DNA from: an uncultured virus (IMG/VR IMGVR_UViG_3300033406_000004)
Taxonomy: Duplodnaviria > Heunggongvirae > Uroviricota > Caudoviricetes
Reading direction: 5' to 3' (one strand)
IMG/VR virus record: IMGVR_UViG_3300033406_000004
Length of the DNA stretch: 20,000 nucleotides
A model generated the notes under the pieces. It saw nothing but the letters and a program-made list of their open reading frames with translations, did not search any database and had not been told where the DNA came from. Below, piece after piece: positions 16,196 through 20,000 of this stretch (the stretch's first letter is position 1; each line of letters begins with the position of its first letter). The translations under genes were made by a program, and so were the position numbers.

Positions 16196-16226
16196 AAAAG
16201 AGCCGTAAATCGTTGATTTACAGCTC
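16196..16226 (-). terminator. Hairpin downstream of the tRNA (terminator) containing an IHF-consensus site
   Basis: Minus strand reads GAGCTGTAAATC-AAC-GATTTACGGCTC-TTTT. AATCAACGATTTA (16206..16218, minus) matches WATCAANNNNTTR. Confidence 0.72.
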
Positions 16227-16236
16227 GTTACAAAAG

Positions 16237-16310
<74 letters not shown>

Positions 16311-16326
16311 GGCCTTAAATGCGGTG

Positions 16327-16356
16327 CAAAGGTAGTGCTTTTTATCATATTTCAAA
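16327..16356 (-). promoter_or_regulatory. Bacteroidetes housekeeping promoter of the tRNA
   Basis: Minus strand reads TTTG (16353..16356), 18 nt, TACCTTTG (16327..16334), then CA, 16 nt upstream of the tRNA. Confidence 0.8.
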
Positions 16357-16400
16357 ATGATTCTATCACTTTTTTCATTTGCATATCCTGCTAATAGGGG

Positions 16401-17855
16401 CTATAGTCCTAAGGGTAAACCAGTTATATACCAAATAAAAAGAAGAAGTATCCATGCCAAAAGAATGTAAACAGAGTATCGCCAAGTGTATTTCAGCAAA
16501 GATCCGTAAGTGATTTGTCGTTCGTAATGCTGCATGTAGGTAAGCACCAAAGGCATGTAAAACAGAAAAGGAGTAAGAGCGTTGGTTGAACTGTCACCTA
16601 CTCGATAAGCACACTGCGTTAGTTCGGGGGCTATGCCCAGTTGCTGAAATACAGGAACAAAAATAAAAGCCATAAAAGTCCATTTGGTGGTGGATGATAC
16701 CATAATAAGATTGATCACAGCTGTGAACAAGATAAATAGAAGAAGAATGCCCATGTTGCTTATATTAAGCGATAAGAGAAGATCTGCACCACCAATAGCC
16801 AGACACTTATCTAAATGAGAATATTCCAGGCAAGCAAACATTTGGGCTGCAAAAAAAGCGATCACCAGATAAATGCCTAACATTTGCATCGGCTGCGTTA
16901 AACCATCGATGACATCAACATCACTACGATAACGCCCGGAAGCGAAACCATAAACCATCCCCATAAGTCCTACACCAAAGGATATAAGGAATAGAATGCC
17001 CATAATGAAAGGAGAACGAATGAGTCCACCATTTACCCCACGTAGTATGCCCCAAGGAGAAAAAGTAGCCAGAAGAATTGCGACTAAATAGAGCGTGCCT
17101 ATCAGAAAAGAAATAACAAGTGCTCTGCGTTCTTTATGCGAGAGTTGTTTATACCCTTCAGGAGTTACTTCACCGTGATAGCTTCCCAAAGCAGGAAGTA
17201 AATTCCTACGCGTTATAAAATAAATGATGCCAGCAATGAGGAAAGTGGAAACGAACATAAAGTAATAGTTGGACAGGGGACCAACATTCCCACTGAAAGG
17301 CGAAAGGTTTAAAGCTGCATCTTGTGTAGTAGATGCTATCAGAGGATCAAGTGTGGTAAGCACCAAGTTAGCACTATAACCACAAGCCACAGAAACATAA
17401 GCAGTAATGATACCGGCTATGGGGTGAAGTCCCACGGAATGGAAAAGTGTTGCTGCTATAGGTAACAAAATAATATATCCCGCATCACCCACTACATTAG
17501 AAAGCACTCCCAAAAAGATAACCCAAAGAATGATGCGACGAGGATTACGGTGTTTCTTTAATCCGCGACGAATGCAAGCTCCAATGAAGCCTGAGTGTTG
17601 AGCCACTCCTACGCCAAAGAGAGCAACAATGACTAACCCCAAGGGAACAAAGCCTGTGAAATTTGTGACTACACTACGTAGCAACCAACGGATACTTTCG
17701 GGACTAAGCAGGCTTTGCACACGAATTTCACGTCCTGTCTGAGGATGAACAACGTTCAGCCCATAGATATCAAATATCCACGAGAGGAACACGATGACCA
17801 TCGTAAGCAGGAAAAACATCGTGGCGGGGTGAGGCATGTGCCATCTATTCTTCAT
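16401..17855 (-). CDS. abgT: AbgT family transporter (p-aminobenzoyl-glutamate / antimetabolite transporter)
   Basis: MPHPATMF, NFTGFVPLG, GLHPIAGIITAYVSVACGYSAN and AYRVGDSSTN motifs, with many TM helices. ATG 17855 overlaps the upstream gene's end and is preferred over 17885. Confidence 0.9.
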   Translation of the reverse strand: MKNRWHMPHPATMFFLLTMVIVFLSWIFDIYGLNVVHPQTGREIRVQSLLSPESIRWLLRSVVTNFTGFVPLGLVIVALFGVGVAQHSGFIGACIRRGLKKHRNPRRIILWVIFLGVLSNVVGDAGYIILLPIAATLFHSVGLHPIAGIITAYVSVACGYSANLVLTTLDPLIASTTQDAALNLSPFSGNVGPLSNYYFMFVSTFLIAGIIYFITRRNLLPALGSYHGEVTPEGYKQLSHKERRALVISFLIGTLYLVAILLATFSPWGILRGVNGGLIRSPFIMGILFLISFGVGLMGMVYGFASGRYRSDVDVIDGLTQPMQMLGIYLVIAFFAAQMFACLEYSHLDKCLAIGGADLLLSLNISNMGILLLFILFTAVINLIMVSSTTKWTFMAFIFVPVFQQLGIAPELTQCAYRVGDSSTNALTPFLFYMPLVLTYMQHYERQITYGSLLKYTWRYSVYILLAWILLLFIWYITGLPLGL

Positions 17856-18573
17856 CGGCCTCAATATTATCAAGATCAATGACACGAAGTTCTAAAGCCC
17901 GTACAACAAGTCGGGTAGCATTCACTCCCACCCTCTCACCTTCTGCAAAAAGCCGACCTACAAGATCGTTCTGTCGTTTCTCAAGGGATTTCACCCCAAA
18001 CGGCATACCTTTGAGTGCTGCGATCATATCTTTGGTATATCCCAAAGCCAAATGACGCAGAAAGCGTTCGTCGTATTCATCGATGTCATAACCGATAACT
18101 GCCTCTTGTCTGCGCGCATCGTTGGCAACAGATTTCTTGAATCGGTCTACTATCTTCTCAAGAATTGGATAATTAAAAACAAGTTTCTTTCCATCCATTA
18201 CGGCTTGTACATCTGTTTTAGTAAGTAGCTCGCCTGTTTTCAAAATGATGCCATCGGCTCCTGCATCTAGTACATCTACCCAAAGTTTCTCGTTCAAGAT
18301 TTCGCCTGTAAAAATGAGCACTCGCACACCCGGATATCGTTTACAGATGTTGCGACAGATGTCGACGCCTATCGTAGTAGAGCCACCCAAGCCAAGATCG
18401 AGCAATACCATATCGGGCTGCCGACTTTCAATAAGAGGCCAGAACTCTTTCTCTGTCATAGCCGTGCCAATAACTTCTGCATTGGGTATTTCGTGGCGAA
18501 AGATTTCTTCGGTTCCTTTAAGTTCGAGTTTAACGTCTTCTACTATAATTACTTTAAACTGTTTTTCTTCCAT
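17845..18573 (-). CDS. Response regulator, REC domain plus LuxR-like HTH
   Basis: IIVED, VLLDLGL (phosphoacceptor Asp), IFTG, GADGIILK; C-terminal FLRHLALGYTKDMIA...VKSLEKRQNDL. Confidence 0.88.
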   Translation of the reverse strand: MEEKQFKVIIVEDVKLELKGTEEIFRHEIPNAEVIGTAMTEKEFWPLIESRQPDMVLLDLGLGGSTTIGVDICRNICKRYPGVRVLIFTGEILNEKLWVDVLDAGADGIILKTGELLTKTDVQAVMDGKKLVFNYPILEKIVDRFKKSVANDARRQEAVIGYDIDEYDERFLRHLALGYTKDMIAALKGMPFGVKSLEKRQNDLVGRLFAEGERVGVNATRLVVRALELRVIDLDNIEADEE

Positions 18574-18579
18574 CTTTCT

Positions 18580-20000
18580 TTATTTTATTACTTTAGTTTC
18601 TCGTTTAGGAATAGTGAAATAAACGGTGAATCCTCCTTCGGCAGCAGGTTCAGCATTGATGCGGCAACCACGCCGAAGAGCAAATTCATCATGGTCACGA
18701 ATAATCTGCTTGCATACCAAATATTCCGTGCCGGTTAACTCACCCTGCACACCCGCCGTCATTCGATTAAGATTGGGATAGAACAGTTGGTTGAGTTCCT
18801 CTATGGTTTTTTGCCGACGCTTATCTATGAATGAAAAACGTATATATTCCCCATCAGGACAAGCTTGTATTTCCAACTCTCCCTCATAAGGTGCAGAAAG
18901 GGCTTCATCAATCAAGTTCTCGAACAAGAAGCATAACAGTTGAAGATCTCCTACCACCAAGGCTTCCATCGGTTGGAACAAAAGAGAGATCCGATTCAGA
19001 TAATTTTTACTCACCTTGCGAAAATATTTTTCGGCATGCTCAAAGAGATCTGTGACACTTATAACTGAACGACGGAAAGTGACCTCTTCTAATTGCCGCG
19101 AAGCACACGAACTGAGTACCGTAAAAATGCCTTTATAGTATTCTATCAATTCGGCAATTGCTTCTATATTTTCTTTTTCTTCTGCAGGTGAGAGATTCTG
19201 CGATTGGGTCTTATCTATTATTTGTTTTATCTTATTGGGGTAATAGATGGTTTCGTGCTTAATAGTGGAAAGACAATTATCCAACACCATGTTTTGCACA
19301 TGTAGCAAGTTATCTTCCAAAGATGCGCGACGGGTTTCTTCCTGAGCCGATTCAATATCCCGATATCTCATCGCAAGTTTCACCACAGCATTAAATACTA
19401 CAATAGCTATATATCGAGTGATTAACTCAACAAGCAGAGTATCGGTTTCTTGGTTAGCAAGTTCTTGCTTACCAATAGTCAACACACCTACGCAGAGCCT
19501 ATTCTCTCCTGCATCAACGATCAATGGAAGTGCCTGAAAATTTTCTTCGTACAACTGAACTTGTTCATCAAAACAACGTTGCACAATAAGTGGCATCGTT
19601 TCACATCGAGGGTTGGAGGCAAATTCTAACTTATGCGCAGTTTCATTGTAGACAGCTATGCCAATACTGTCTATCATCAAGAGTTCGTTGACCGAATCAA
19701 ACGACTCATCAACAATGTGTTGAGGAATCTCTTTGAGCGTTTCTTCTTCACGCAGTAGAAGTTCGGCTGTCTCTTGTGAGCGTAACAAAGAAGAAGCAAA
19801 CACCGTCTTGTTCACTTCCAAGACTTGCTCAAGATTGAGTCTGTTAATTAACCTCTTCCGCACATATATAATGTAGTAACCTATCAGTGACGATACAAGT
19901 AAAAGCAAACAGAGAATGATCCCTACCGTTTTGTTTGTTGTGGAGCGCTCCAACTGCTTGCAGTAATCCTCGAGTGATTGATCTTCCCCCAGCAACTTAT
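18580..20000 (-). CDS. Sensor histidine kinase-like membrane protein (5'-truncated; degenerate HATPase)
   Basis: Frame is open to the window edge. TM helix (VGIILCLLLLVSSLIGYYIIYV), GAF-like region, H-box-like TIKHET, and an HATPase-like C-terminus ending GGFTVYFTIP. Lies directly upstream of the response regulator. Confidence 0.75.
   Translation of the reverse strand, partial: KLLGEDQSLEDYCKQLERSTTNKTVGIILCLLLLVSSLIGYYIIYVRKRLINRLNLEQVLEVNKTVFASSLLRSQETAELLLREEETLKEIPQHIVDESFDSVNELLMIDSIGIAVYNETAHKLEFASNPRCETMPLIVQRCFDEQVQLYEENFQALPLIVDAGENRLCVGVLTIGKQELANQETDTLLVELITRYIAIVVFNAVVKLAMRYRDIESAQEETRRASLEDNLLHVQNMVLDNCLSTIKHETIYYPNKIKQIIDKTQSQNLSPAEEKENIEAIAELIEYYKGIFTVLSSCASRQLEEVTFRRSVISVTDLFEHAEKYFRKVSKNYLNRISLLFQPMEALVVGDLQLLCFLFENLIDEALSAPYEGELEIQACPDGEYIRFSFIDKRRQKTIEELNQLFYPNLNRMTAGVQGELTGTEYLVCKQIIRDHDEFALRRGCRINAEPAAEGGFTVYFTIPKRETKVIK

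Noticed and set aside
16354..16373. Imperfect palindrome AAAATGATTCTATCACTTTT upstream of the tRNA promoter
   Set aside because: AT-rich and weak; cannot be distinguished from chance, and too unstable for a terminator.

Overview
Bacteroidales-type DNA (TAnnTTTG promoters, AT-rich starts with no Shine-Dalgarno). Positions 1 to about 16260 are one end of a podovirus-like prophage integrated at the 3' end of a tRNA-Arg(TCT). It carries a terminase large subunit (+, 5'-truncated) converging on a minus-strand block: 186-aa and 370-aa ejection-type proteins, a 2893-aa polyvalent ejection protein and a P22-like portal. A divergent HTH/TerS-like gene, a tyrosine integrase and an att region with a 12-bp tandem repeat and an IHF-consensus hairpin follow. 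Beyond the tRNA is host DNA: an AbgT transporter, a REC-HTH response regulator and a degenerate sensor kinase. The most notable signals lie inside the giant gene. (1) A 46-aa out-of-frame helical ORF (8694..8834) closely coincides with the acidic linker and is below the ORF-track cutoff. (2) An apparent in-frame scar marks a lost ADP-ribosyltransferase domain. (3) InPase, metallopeptidase and unassigned cassettes are separated by recurring aromatic-Arg linker motifs. All family calls come from motif recognition by eye; no database search was run.
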